Made by a program: the position numbers and the translations under genes. From assembly GCA_030059665.1 (NCBI GenBank), contig JANVYR010000002.1, positions 192,001-256,000 of the forward strand: a stretch of 64,000 nucleotides of DNA, given 5' to 3'. The DNA is from Candidatus Calditenuis fumarioli. GTDB taxonomy: Archaea > Thermoproteota > Nitrososphaeria_A > Caldarchaeales > Calditenuaceae. Positions 19,318-28,969 of this stretch are shown here, piece after piece; position 1 is the stretch's first letter; the number at the start of each line of letters is the position of its first letter. A model generated the notes under the pieces. The model saw nothing but the letters and a program-made list of their open reading frames with translations. It had not been told where the DNA came from and did no database searches.

Positions 19318-21576
19318 ATGGGAAGAGACCCGCAAAGCACGAGCGAGATCGTTGCACGGAGCGTTCCGATCTTCCTCCTCCTGGTCCTCCTATTGACGCA
19401 GTCGGCACAGGTTCTGGTGGCGCACGCTCAACAGGACTCGTCACCTCCCATCAGTTTGCCGCTCAGGGCACCGCTTCCGGTGAACGTGATCACCGTTGGA
19501 CTCAGGCCGGAGGTGCTGGGGCTGAGGACGATGGCGGAGCTTCAGCAGATACTCAGCACGCACGTCAGGTCAAAGGCCGCTTCCTACGTCGGCTTCAGCC
19601 TCGACGACCCGATCCTGATCGCCGAGTTCGACGTCCATCTCCAAGTTCTGGAGGCCCCCCAGCGGTTCGTGGCCGAGTTCGCCAACGATTTGTCCTTGGT
19701 CACATATGATCCGGCGAGGCTCCCGCTGGAGGCCAAGCAGGAGAACCAGAGGTACAGGGACTTCGTCAGGTCGGCTTACGGCGGCACCGTGGCTGGCAGC
19801 CTGACGTTCACCCTGACCGACATGGAGGCTGTCGTTCAGCTCATGGCCTACTACACCGAGAAGTACATACCCGCGGTCCTGAACGACTACAACGTCTACC
19901 TCCTCTGCGGTAACTCTTTCTTCGATGGAAAGGTCCCGGTGTACTTCACGGTGGGCTACACGCCAGAGAGGCAGGTGCCCAACGCGGTGGTGGGCCTCAA
20001 CCTGTACGGAGGCATGTGGACCGGCCGGCACGTGGTGATCGACGTCTGCGCGGTGCCTAACCCTTACGGCAACTTCGCGCCGAAGGGCCAGCAAGAGGTC
20101 CTCGAGTACCTGCCGGTATGGGTCTCCAACGACCCTGAATTCAGGATCGGGATGGTGGTGAAGTACGTGGACGAGGTCATCGACAACCTCTTCGTCAAGT
20201 CCCTGCTCTACCTGCCCCGGTATCAGGTGACCTACCTCTTCGACGTCGTGGTGATCGACCTGACCACCTCCGGTGGAGGGCCCTCCTTCTTGGTGAACAA
20301 CTTCTCCCCTGAGCTCTTCGAGTACGCCATGAGGCAGCTGGCGCCCTACAACTACTACACGAGCAGGTACAGCTACTACCACATAAGCGATGTGCCGCAG
20401 ATGAGGCAGGTCATCCGCTCCTCTAGGGGATACCAGGTAATAGACGTGGAAGCGGCGCTCGACACAGCCCAGCGTCTCGGGATAATCAAGGAGACCGTGA
20501 AGGGTGTCGCTTACACGCCGATACTGATCTTCGTCTCGGACTCGGACATTTTCCCTGATGCGCCAGGCGTGCTCGGCATAGCATGGGCTGACAGGGAGGA
20601 CCCCAGATATCCACGGGGGGTGGTGGTCGGGGCCGTGTTCAGCGCAATTCAGCGCGAGGGCCTCACGTTCACCGTCATCCACGAGGCAGGGCACACGCTT
20701 GGGCTGGCACACCCGTTCCAGGACCTCGACGAGTCGCAGATGGCCCCCGGCAGGTCCGGAAACCTCAGGCCGACGTTCGTGAACAGGTGGATCTACGCCT
20801 ACGTCGACTCCGCGATGACCTACGCTAATGTGCTTCAGGTCACCGATTACCGGGACCTCTTCACATACAAGTACCCGATGAGGACCTTCTTCAGCACCTT
20901 CGACCTGGACGCGCTGGACAGGACCACGATCTCCCTCCTGCTGTACTACTACCTGCTCTACAGACAGGAGGCTCTTGCGGAGCTCAACAAGCTCAACAGG
21001 CCGCTTGAGGCCTTCGAGAAGGGGAAGGAGCTTCTAAAGCTGGCTGACCAGGCCGCCGTCGATGCGGTCAGGCTATTCGAGCAGCATATGTACTTCGATC
21101 GGCTGGAGTTCGAGGGACTGGGATCGCAGCTGGTCTCCTCGTTCGATCACGCCTGGCTCGCATACGTCTCGGCTTACACCCTGTACAACCTGATCGTGGG
21201 CGTTCAGGACGCAGCGGCCTTTTACGAGCCCCAGATCGAGGAGCTGCAGCGCACGGTTGCGAATCTGAACGGCAGGATCAACGATCTGAGCTCCCAGCTC
21301 GAGGACTCGAGGAGGCAGACGGAGCAGCTGAGGACGGCGCTGGAATCGGAACGCCAGCAGAGGAATGCCATCCAGGCGGAGCTTGACCGGACGAAGGGCG
21401 AGCTGCAGCGGGCACAGCAGGATCTCGCGGCGAAGGAGAGGGAACTCTCCGACGCCAACGCCAGGGCAACGACCTACCTCTACGGCATGGTGGGGGTCGC
21501 CGTCGGCGCAGCGGTCGCGGTCGCGTCCGTGGTCGTCCTCAGCAGCAGGAGAAGGCCGAAACCGACGGTAGCCTGA
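19318..21576 (+). CDS. Secreted metzincin metallopeptidase with C-terminal coiled coil and TM anchor
   Basis: Signal peptide (AHA|QQ). HEAGHTLGLAH (HEXXHXXGXXH), Met-turn SAMTY, heptad coil, terminal TM. Confidence 0.88.
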   Translation: MGRDPQSTSEIVARSVPIFLLLVLLLTQSAQVLVAHAQQDSSPPISLPLRAPLPVNVITVGLRPEVLGLRTMAELQQILSTHVRSKAASYVGFSLDDPILIAEFDVHLQVLEAPQRFVAEFANDLSLVTYDPARLPLEAKQENQRYRDFVRSAYGGTVAGSLTFTLTDMEAVVQLMAYYTEKYIPAVLNDYNVYLLCGNSFFDGKVPVYFTVGYTPERQVPNAVVGLNLYGGMWTGRHVVIDVCAVPNPYGNFAPKGQQEVLEYLPVWVSNDPEFRIGMVVKYVDEVIDNLFVKSLLYLPRYQVTYLFDVVVIDLTTSGGGPSFLVNNFSPELFEYAMRQLAPYNYYTSRYSYYHISDVPQMRQVIRSSRGYQVIDVEAALDTAQRLGIIKETVKGVAYTPILIFVSDSDIFPDAPGVLGIAWADREDPRYPRGVVVGAVFSAIQREGLTFTVIHEAGHTLGLAHPFQDLDESQMAPGRSGNLRPTFVNRWIYAYVDSAMTYANVLQVTDYRDLFTYKYPMRTFFSTFDLDALDRTTISLLLYYYLLYRQEALAELNKLNRPLEAFEKGKELLKLADQAAVDAVRLFEQHMYFDRLEFEGLGSQLVSSFDHAWLAYVSAYTLYNLIVGVQDAAAFYEPQIEELQRTVANLNGRINDLSSQLEDSRRQTEQLRTALESERQQRNAIQAELDRTKGELQRAQQDLAAKERELSDANARATTYLYGMVGVAVGAAVAVASVVVLSSRRRPKPTVA

Positions 21577-21685
21577 GAGCGATACTAACCTGCTTCTATT
21601 CTTTTTGCAGTGTTGGTCGGTGTTGCTGCGATCGGCCCGAATTTTTCGTATATGTTTAATTATTGGACAATTGAAATGAGTTCGC

Positions 21686-22105
21686 ATGGGGAAGGGAAGC
21701 AGAAGGAACGAAGGGCTGAGCGAGGCCGTGACGACGATTCTGCTCGTCGTGATCGGGATAGCGATGGCGTTGATGATATGGCAGTTCTTTACGCCGCGAC
21801 CCTCTGAGGAGCTCAGGATAGGGCCCATAGACGTCTCCGGCGGGACGGTCATCTTCACCGCCCAGAACGTGGGCAGCGTGGACGCCGAGATCGTCGGCGT
21901 GGCCTGCTATCCGCCGGGGAGCGCACCGCCTTCGACCGGGGGCGCAGTAACGCCGCTCGGCGGTGCGGACACAAAGCTGCAGCAGGGCGAGTCGAGCAGT
22001 TTCTCGGGCAGCTGTGCGGGTTCCGAGCCTGGCAAACCGATCAACGTGCTGGTCTTCACGAAGAACAAGGCCTACGGACCGTTCACGGTCATAGTCAGGA
22101 GCTGA
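21686..22105 (+). CDS. Archaeal type IV pilin (probable major pilin)
   Basis: Canonical class III signal RRNEG|LSEAVTTILLVVIGIAMALMIW, 139 aa, preceded by an AT-rich promoter-like tract. Confidence 0.9.
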   Translation: MGKGSRRNEGLSEAVTTILLVVIGIAMALMIWQFFTPRPSEELRIGPIDVSGGTVIFTAQNVGSVDAEIVGVACYPPGSAPPSTGGAVTPLGGADTKLQQGESSSFSGSCAGSEPGKPINVLVFTKNKAYGPFTVIVRS

Positions 22106-22464
22106 GAGCCGACTCGCGGTCCATATTTCGGTCCATATTTTGCTCCTCCATTTTCAACGTGATATGGTTCTCCAGGGCGCACGTCACCCGCCGTTTGGGA
22201 GGAGGTCAGTTGGCGACTGAAGCACCTCCGTGTAGGTTCGCGATGCGACGGGACGGATGGTGTTTGATGTCAAGCCCTGACTGTTAGGCAGTCGAGACGC
22301 AGGCTGGTTCACGGAGCGTCTGAAGGCCGGATTCATGCCCAGGAACTTCGTGTAGACGCTGGCGGTGCGTTGCCGGCCGTTTTCGTGGCGTCGCGGAGAC
22401 CTCTCGACCGCACTTCGCGCCCCTTGAGCAGCCCTCCGGAGGACCAGAACTGGTGTAAAGGCTC

Positions 22465-23490
22465 GTGAAGGCGTTCCGGCGAAAAGTGATGGAACCTAGT
22501 AACTGGATCATTTTGATATATCAGATGGTATTTTGCTACCACGTGCCAATCCGTCCGGTCGCGTTCGTGCTGAGGGCTGTGGAGACGCGAGAGGGCGCGG
22601 GAGTGAAGGTCAGGAGGGCCTTCGGCGACCCGCTGGTGGCGCACGAGACCGACCCGTTCCTCCTCCTGGACGACTTCGGCTCGAGGTACCCGCACGAGTA
22701 CCTCGCAGGGTTCCCCTGGCACCCCCACCGTGGCTTCGAGACCGTCACGTACGTCATCAAGGGCGAGGTTCACCACGAGGACAGCACCGGGATCAGGGGC
22801 GTCCTCAACAGCGGCGACGTCCAGTGGATGACCGCCGGAAGCGGGATCTTCCACTCCGAGATGCCCAAACCAGCGAGGAGGGTGGTAGGCGACCGCGTCG
22901 AGAAGGACCCGGAGCACAGGGGAATCCAGCTCTGGATCAACCTGCCGCCGAGGCTTAAGATGGTCAGGCCGCACTACCGGAACCTCCGCGGAGGCAACGT
23001 CCCCTCGGGTACCACGGACGACGGCATCGAGGTCAGGGTCATCGCGGGTCGCGTCAGCGGTCTGCCCGGAACCGGAACCATCGAGGGCCCGGTCGCGAAC
23101 GTCTCGATCGAGGCTCAGGACGTCAGCTACCTCGAGCTCCTGATGCCGCCTGAGAGCAGGTTCGAGTATCCCGTGAGGGAGGGCTACACCGCCATAGCTT
23201 ACGTGCTGGAGGGCGAGGTGCTGGTTCCGGAGTCTCCGGAGAAGTCGGTGAGGGTTCGGGAGAGGAGCGCCGTCCTCTTCGAGCGTGAGGGCGACAGGGT
23301 GGTCGTCACGGCAGGGGAATCTCCGGCGAGGCTGATCCTGCTGTCGGGCAGGCCCATCGGCGAGCCCATCGCCTGGTATGGCCCCATAGTGATGAACACG
23401 AGGGAGGAGCTGATCCAAGCCTTCAGGGAGCTGCGGGAAGGGACCTTCGTGAAGCACAAAGCCACCGAGGTCGACGACCTGAACCCGTGA
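22465..23490 (+). CDS. Pirin family protein
   Basis: DPFLLLD, FPWHPHRGFETVTY, QWMTAGSGIFHSE, YGPIVMNT. Likely start GTG 22543. Confidence 0.93.
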   Translation: MKAFRRKVMEPSNWIILIYQMVFCYHVPIRPVAFVLRAVETREGAGVKVRRAFGDPLVAHETDPFLLLDDFGSRYPHEYLAGFPWHPHRGFETVTYVIKGEVHHEDSTGIRGVLNSGDVQWMTAGSGIFHSEMPKPARRVVGDRVEKDPEHRGIQLWINLPPRLKMVRPHYRNLRGGNVPSGTTDDGIEVRVIAGRVSGLPGTGTIEGPVANVSIEAQDVSYLELLMPPESRFEYPVREGYTAIAYVLEGEVLVPESPEKSVRVRERSAVLFEREGDRVVVTAGESPARLILLSGRPIGEPIAWYGPIVMNTREELIQAFRELREGTFVKHKATEVDDLNP

Positions 23491-23525
23491 ACCTTTTTCA
23501 TCGAGTTTCGTGACGGGTTTGTTCT

Positions 23526-23963
23526 GTGAGGGCCTTCGTGATCGCTGCTGCAATGGTCCTCGTCGTCGCAACGTTGCTCTTCCTCCTCGTCTTGAGTTGG
23601 AACCCTGACAGCGGAGACCGTGGACAAGGGGTTCTGCTCAAGCTGGACAAGACCGAGCTTCGGGGTGAGCGGACACTCACCTACACGCTCGTTAACGGTG
23701 CTGGTTCCGAGGGGGACGTCTGCTTCGGCGAGCCTTACGACGTCCAGATCCTGAAGGACGACTCGTGGGCCACGGCGGAGTGGATGAGGGACAGGGTATG
23801 GATTGCGATACTGTGGCGGCTGAAGCCAAACGAGTCCTTCAGTAGGCAGGTCCAGCTCCCGGACGACGTCAAGCCTGGGACATATCGGCTCGTGAAGGAG
23901 GTTCAGTTCTGCGATTCGGGACAGAGGCTCACGCTCACCGCCGAGTTCGTCGTGCTCGAATGA
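23526..23963 (+). CDS. Membrane-anchored Ig-like domain protein
   Basis: N-terminal TM, then CFGEPY...LKPNESF...PGTYRLVKEV. Confidence 0.75.
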   Translation: MRAFVIAAAMVLVVATLLFLLVLSWNPDSGDRGQGVLLKLDKTELRGERTLTYTLVNGAGSEGDVCFGEPYDVQILKDDSWATAEWMRDRVWIAILWRLKPNESFSRQVQLPDDVKPGTYRLVKEVQFCDSGQRLTLTAEFVVLE

Positions 23964-24112
23964 CTTTCACGGGCCCTGCAGGTCTTCCTCGTTTTGCAGC
24001 CTTCCTCGCAACAGGATTGATGTCTCCCTTACTGCTTCTTCTTCACGCTCAGGCCTCTGACATATGATGCAAACCAACCAACAATAAAACTGGAATATCC
24101 TTTCTTGGGAAC

Positions 24113-24289
24113 TCAGAAGTCCTCCTTGATGATGGTCTTCCTGCCGTTGGCCTGGCAACGCTTCACCGCCTTGTCGATCGCCTCCTTGACCAGCTCGTTC
24201 AGTCCCTCCAGCGCGTCGCTGCTGAGCCTGATTCCCTCCGGCAGCAGTTGCCTGACCTTGGACTCCACCACGAGCAGTTCCCTCGCCAA
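24113..24289 (-). CDS. Short histone-fold protein, face-to-face/alpha3 type, 58 aa (not in ORF track)
   Basis: TTG-started MARELLVVESKVRQLLPEGIRLSSDALEGLNELVKEAIDKAVKRCQANGRKTIIKEDF. The LVVxSKV start and RKT..xD end match HTkC/Bd0055-type histones. Confidence 0.85.
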   Translation of the reverse strand: MARELLVVESKVRQLLPEGIRLSSDALEGLNELVKEAIDKAVKRCQANGRKTIIKEDF

Positions 24290-24402
24290 GGCTTCTCACG
24301 GATCGGTCCCAGGGGGCGCTATTTTGGCTTATTGAGCCAGGAGAGCACGGATCTCCCGAGTAATACCGGAAAATTGCTGGGAATGAGAAAAAGGGGTAGG
24401 GG

Positions 24403-24567
24403 TTACGGGACGGGCCTCAATACCTTCTCCAGCAGCTCCCTGTCCTCGAGGACTGCCCTCAGCAACCTGTCTGCGAGGTCGCGCATGGTCAGGTTCCGCT
24501 CGAGCGCCTCCCTCTTCAGCATCGCGTAAGTGGACCTCCTCACGTAAACGATCTCCCAGAACTCGTC
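24403..24567 (-). pseudogene. Ribbon-helix-helix protein lacking an in-frame start (remnant)
   Basis: DEFWEIVYVRRSTYAMLKREALERNLTMRDLADRLLRAVLEDRELLEKVLRPVP*. No ATG/GTG/TTG upstream of the beta-strand in this frame. Confidence 0.5.
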
Positions 24568-24606
24568 GCGTTCGGCGTCAGCTCGCTCGAGCTGGTTCCG
24601 AGGTTC

Positions 24607-25596
24607 ATGTCGGTCGTCAACGGCCTCTCCGCGCTGGTATCGCTCTCCCCCACGCTCTCGGGTGCCCTCGGTGCCGTCAGGGCAGGGTTCGCGGCGCTCT
24701 ACGCATCGATGGGCCCGGTCGGTTTAGCGCTGCTCGGCATCGGCACAGCCGCAGCGCTCATCGCGGCCAACTGGGAGAGTATCGAGCCACTCTTCGGACA
24801 GGTCGCCTCAACGGTCCAGTCGGCCCTCTCGCCGGCGCTGGACTGGTTGAGGGTTATGTCCTCGAGTCCCCTGGCGTCGCTGCTCGGCAACGTCCTCTCG
24901 TGGGCCCTCGGATACGTCGTGGAGCTGGTTCGGAGCTGGCACGCCGCGACCGCAGGGCTGGGAGATGCGCTCACCTGGTTCTGGAACGAGGTCCTCGTCC
25001 CCCTGCTGACCTACATCGCGGGCCAGGTCATCGGGACGTTCGACCTGGTCTCGAGGGCCGTCGGTTTCCTCGAGGCGGTGTGGCGTTCCCTCGGACGCGC
25101 GATCGAGGCGGTCTGGAAAAACGTCATAGTGCCTCTGGTCGAGTACCTGGTAGGTCAGGTGCTGGGGACGCTGAACGCGGTCTCCGAGGGCGCGAGGACG
25201 ATGGCCGAGGTCCTGACGGGTGCCTTCAGGGCGATCTACGACGCCGCGGTCTCCTTCCTCGGGCCCGTCCTCGACCTAGTGAGGTCCATCGTCTCCGGCA
25301 TCCAGGAGGCCTTCTCTTGGCTCCAGCGCCAGCTCGTGGGAGGCTCGATCGTCCCTGAGACGTGGGAGGGCGTGGTCTCCTGGACCGAGTGGGGCGTCTC
25401 GGAGGTGGCGTCCAGCGTGGACCGGTTGGTCAGGGCCCTCGAGGGGGTTGGCGGCACACCGGCGCCGTCAGTGAGGAGCCTCTCGGTGAACGTCACGCTC
25501 CACGTCAGAGCGCCCGCGCAGGGAGGATACGGCTGGGAGGGGCTGGCCGAGGCGGTGAGCAGGGAGATCCTCCGGCGCCTGCGGCAGCACCTGTGA
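24607..25596 (+). pseudogene. C-terminal part of a viral tail tape-measure protein
   Basis: Gly/Ala-rich GPVGLALLGIG, periodic Trp/Phe amphipathic repeats, GGSIVP, terminal VNVTLHV...LAEAVSREILRRL. The N-terminal part appears absent. Confidence 0.7.
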
Positions 25597-25636
25597 CCCA
25601 CAGGTTTTTTGGTCCGACCTCGGATTCGATAGCGGC

Positions 25637-26239
25637 TTGAGCGGCGAGCTGATCAGGTGCTTCGTGGCGATCGACGTCTTCACACCGGAGATCGTCAGGA
25701 CCGTGACGGGTCTCGGGAGGGAGCTGGAGGAGGCGGGGCTTGTGGGGAAGGTCGTGGACCCCGAATCGCTGCACATCACGCTCCAGTTCCTCGGGGAGAT
25801 AGGGAAGGACCTCGTTGAGCGGGTGAAGGAGGAGCTCTCCCGGATCGAGTTCAGGCCTTTCCCGATCAGGCTGGAGGGGGTCGGCTACTTCCCGGGCGGT
25901 GGGAGGATAAACGTCGTCTGGATCGGCGTCCGGGACCCTTCGGGCGAGCTCCACAGGCTCCAGGGCGAGGTCTCCAGTAGGCTCGGCGCTCTGGGGCTGA
26001 GGCCCGACAAGGAGTTCAGGCCCCACATCACCTTCTTCAGGGTCAAGTCGGTCCGGAACAAGCCGCAGGTCCTCGAGGCGATAACGCGTAGGGCGAACTT
26101 CGAGGTCGGCGAGCTCACGGTCGACCGCTTCAAGCTGAAGAGGAGCGTTCTGAGGCCCGAGGGGCCGCTGTACAGCGACCTCCTCGTGGTCAGGGCCAAC
26201 AGGGGCGAGGAGACTTCAGGCCCGGGACTCACAGGCTGA
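25637..26239 (+). CDS. thpR: RNA 2',3'-cyclic phosphodiesterase (2H family)
   Basis: Two HxT motifs: LHITLQFLG and PHITFFR. Confidence 0.93.
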   Translation: MSGELIRCFVAIDVFTPEIVRTVTGLGRELEEAGLVGKVVDPESLHITLQFLGEIGKDLVERVKEELSRIEFRPFPIRLEGVGYFPGGGRINVVWIGVRDPSGELHRLQGEVSSRLGALGLRPDKEFRPHITFFRVKSVRNKPQVLEAITRRANFEVGELTVDRFKLKRSVLRPEGPLYSDLLVVRANRGEETSGPGLTG

Positions 26240-28334
26240 CCCGGTAGAGGGTCATCGAGTTCAGCGTCACCGAGATGGAGCTCATGGCCATAGCAACCGC
26301 CGAGAAGACGGGGTTCAGCAGCACCCCGAACGGGTAGAGGATGCCGGCGGCTATCGGTATGAGGGCCACGTTGTACGCGAAGGCCCAGAAGAGGTTCTGC
26401 TTGATCTTCGCGGTGGTGACCTTGCTCAGCTCTATCGCCCTGACCACGTCCCTCAGGTCGTTCCTGAGCAGGACGATGCTCCCCGCCTGCTTCGCGATGT
26501 CCGTGCCGGAGCCTATTGCTATCCCCACGTCGGCGGCCGTCAGGGCAGGAGCGTCGTTGATGCCGTCCCCCACCATCGCAACCACCTCACCCCTCTCCCT
26601 CAATTCCCTCACAACTTCCGCCTTCTCCTCGGGCATGAGGGAGGCCCTGAACCCGTCGACCCCGACCTCCTCGGCGATCGCCCTCGCGGTCACCTCGTTG
26701 TCGCCCGTCAACATGACCGTCCTGATCCCGCGCCTCCTCAGCTCCGAGATCACCTCCCTCGCCTCCTCCCGCGGCCTGTCCATGAGGGCAACAACTCCCG
26801 CCAGAACCCCGTCGACGGCCACCAGGACCGTCGTCATGCCAGATCCCTGGAGCTCCAGCACCGGATCGAGGAGCTGGCCGTCACCGATCTGCGAGGCGGA
26901 GCCGCTGACCGACGAGGGTTTTCCGACGAGGACCCTCCTCCCTTCCACCTCAGCCTCCACCCCCACACCGGGCCTCGTGACCGCGTTCCTCGGCTCGGCC
27001 ACCTCTATCCCCGACCTCCTGGCGTGGTCGAGTATCGCCGATGCTATGGGGTGGTTCGAGGAGCGCTCGGCCGAGGCGGCGTAGAAGAGCACGTCCCGCT
27101 CGGTGAAGCCGTTGAAGGCGATCACCCTCACCACCTCGGGCCTGCCGCGAGTGATGGTTCCGGTCTTGTCGAGGGCCACCGTGGTAACCCTCCTCAGGAG
27201 GTCCAGGGCCTCGCCGGACCTGATCAGTATCCCCCGCCTCGCGGCCCTCCCCGCGCTTATCATGATGGCTGCTGGTGTGGCGATCCCGAGGGCGCAGGGA
27301 CACGCTATGATCAGGACTGAGACCGCGATCAGCACGGCGAAGCTCGCAGGCATACCCATCGCGAGACTCCAGAAGAGGGAGGCTCCCAACGCGACCGAGA
27401 CTACCACCGGCACGAAGACCGATGCCACTTTATCCGCGAGCCTCTGGAGCGGGACCCTCGAGAGTATCGCCTCCTGAACCGTTCGGATCACCTGGGAGAA
27501 CGTGGTCTCGTGACCGGTCCTGACGGCCCTCACCTTGATCAGTCCCGTTAGGTTGACGGTGCCCGCGATCACCTCGTCGCCGACCGACTTCTCGACGGGG
27601 ACGCTCTCCCCTGTCATGGCCGACTGGTCTACGCTGGTGAAGCCCTCCTCCACCACGCCGTCAACTGGGATCCTCTCTCCGGGCCTGACCAGCACCAGCT
27701 CCCCCGGCTGCACCTCCTCCGCGGGGACCTCGACCTCCTCTCCGTCCCTGATCACCGTCGCCTTGTCCGGGTGCATCTCGTAGAGGGACCTCACCGCCTC
27801 CTCTGCCCTGACCCTGACGGTGTGCTCGAGCGTCCTGCCCAGTAGTATGAGGCCGATGATCAGGGTCGACTCCATGAAGTAGTAACGGTGCGGGCCGGGC
27901 GGCGCCGGTATCAGGACAGGGACGATGCCGAGGTCCTGCAGGACGAGGAGCGCGCTGTAGGCCCAGGCGGTCGTGGTGCCTATGGCTATGAGGCTGTCCA
28001 TGTTGGCCTGTCTCGCCCTGATCGCGTCGATCAGCCCCCTGTAGAAGCGGAGGCCGGCCGTGAACTGGACCGCCGTGGCGAGCGCCATCAGCAGCAGGCC
28101 GCTGGGGTGGAGTCCCAGGAGGACCGGGAGGAGGAACTCGGAGACGGTGATGATGGCACCGGCGGCGAGCGCGAAGGCCACGAGGTACCTGAGCCTCCTC
28201 AGCTCGATCTCAGGTTGCATGAACTGGAGCATGCACGATTGGCTGCAGAAGTAGTAGAGGACGCCGTTTCTGGAGACCTTGAACTCGGCCGTCGACTCGT
28301 CCACGTACATGCCGCAGACTACGTCCCTCGCCAT
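26229..28334 (-). CDS. copA: Cu(+)-exporting P1B ATPase with N-terminal YHS/TRASH domain
   Basis: DVVCGM...[28 protein letters not shown] and MAMSS. Confidence 0.95.
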   Translation of the reverse strand: MARDVVCGMYVDESTAEFKVSRNGVLYYFCSQSCMLQFMQPEIELRRLRYLVAFALAAGAIITVSEFLLPVLLGLHPSGLLLMALATAVQFTAGLRFYRGLIDAIRARQANMDSLIAIGTTTAWAYSALLVLQDLGIVPVLIPAPPGPHRYYFMESTLIIGLILLGRTLEHTVRVRAEEAVRSLYEMHPDKATVIRDGEEVEVPAEEVQPGELVLVRPGERIPVDGVVEEGFTSVDQSAMTGESVPVEKSVGDEVIAGTVNLTGLIKVRAVRTGHETTFSQVIRTVQEAILSRVPLQRLADKVASVFVPVVVSVALGASLFWSLAMGMPASFAVLIAVSVLIIACPCALGIATPAAIMISAGRAARRGILIRSGEALDLLRRVTTVALDKTGTITRGRPEVVRVIAFNGFTERDVLFYAASAERSSNHPIASAILDHARRSGIEVAEPRNAVTRPGVGVEAEVEGRRVLVGKPSSVSGSASQIGDGQLLDPVLELQGSGMTTVLVAVDGVLAGVVALMDRPREEAREVISELRRRGIRTVMLTGDNEVTARAIAEEVGVDGFRASLMPEEKAEVVRELRERGEVVAMVGDGINDAPALTAADVGIAIGSGTDIAKQAGSIVLLRNDLRDVVRAIELSKVTTAKIKQNLFWAFAYNVALIPIAAGILYPFGVLLNPVFSAVAMAMSSISVTLNSMTLYRVSL

Positions 28335-28374
28335 CCTTCCAGTAGAGTTCCGGTTCCCCTGATATAATTATCGA

Positions 28375-28956
28375 GTGGACAAGGCTTCGTTAGATGCGAT
28401 GGGCCAGGTCAGGTCCCGCGTCGGCGTGAGGCGTCAGGCTGCGGTCACGGCGCTACTCACCGCGCTCTCGTACTCGTTGCTCGCATACCTGCTCACCTAC
28501 CACAGGCCCGATCACGCGGAGAGCCCTCTGCTCGGGGTCCTCCCCCACGCGATAGCGCTCGTCAACGCGGCGGGCGTCGTCTCGCTCCAGCTCGGTTACA
28601 GGGCCATAAGAAGGGGCGACGTGAGGGGACACAGGAACTTCATGGGCCTCAGCTTCGCGCTGATAGCGGCGTTCCTCACGATGTACGTCACGAGGCTCGT
28701 CCTGGGAGGCACGGAGGTCTACCGGGGCCCTCAGGTGATCAGGGACTTCGTCTACCTCCCGGTGCTTGCTGTACACCTGGGCCTCTCGATCGTCTCGGTT
28801 CCTATGGTCCTCTTCAACGTCCTCACGGGTCTTACGATCCCCTACGGCTCGATCGGTGATACCCCCCATCCACGTGTCGGAAAGGCGGCGTACGTCTGCT
28901 GGTCCCTCAGCCTCGCGCTGGGGATAGTCGTGTACGTTTTGCTGAGGTGGACGTGA
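28375..28956 (+). CDS. DUF420-family membrane protein
   Basis: Four TMs, HRNFM, FLTMYV, LAVHLGLS, HPRVGK. Confidence 0.8.
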   Translation: MDKASLDAMGQVRSRVGVRRQAAVTALLTALSYSLLAYLLTYHRPDHAESPLLGVLPHAIALVNAAGVVSLQLGYRAIRRGDVRGHRNFMGLSFALIAAFLTMYVTRLVLGGTEVYRGPQVIRDFVYLPVLAVHLGLSIVSVPMVLFNVLTGLTIPYGSIGDTPHPRVGKAAYVCWSLSLALGIVVYVLLRWT

Positions 28957-28969
28957 GCGTTGAGGGCCG

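Noticed and set aside
22210-22324. 25-aa Cys-containing ORF with a strong RBS, and a C/D-like TGATG...CTGA...CTGA stretch
   Set aside because: The ORF is too short to support, and the box spacing gives only a 6-nt guide with a degenerate box C.
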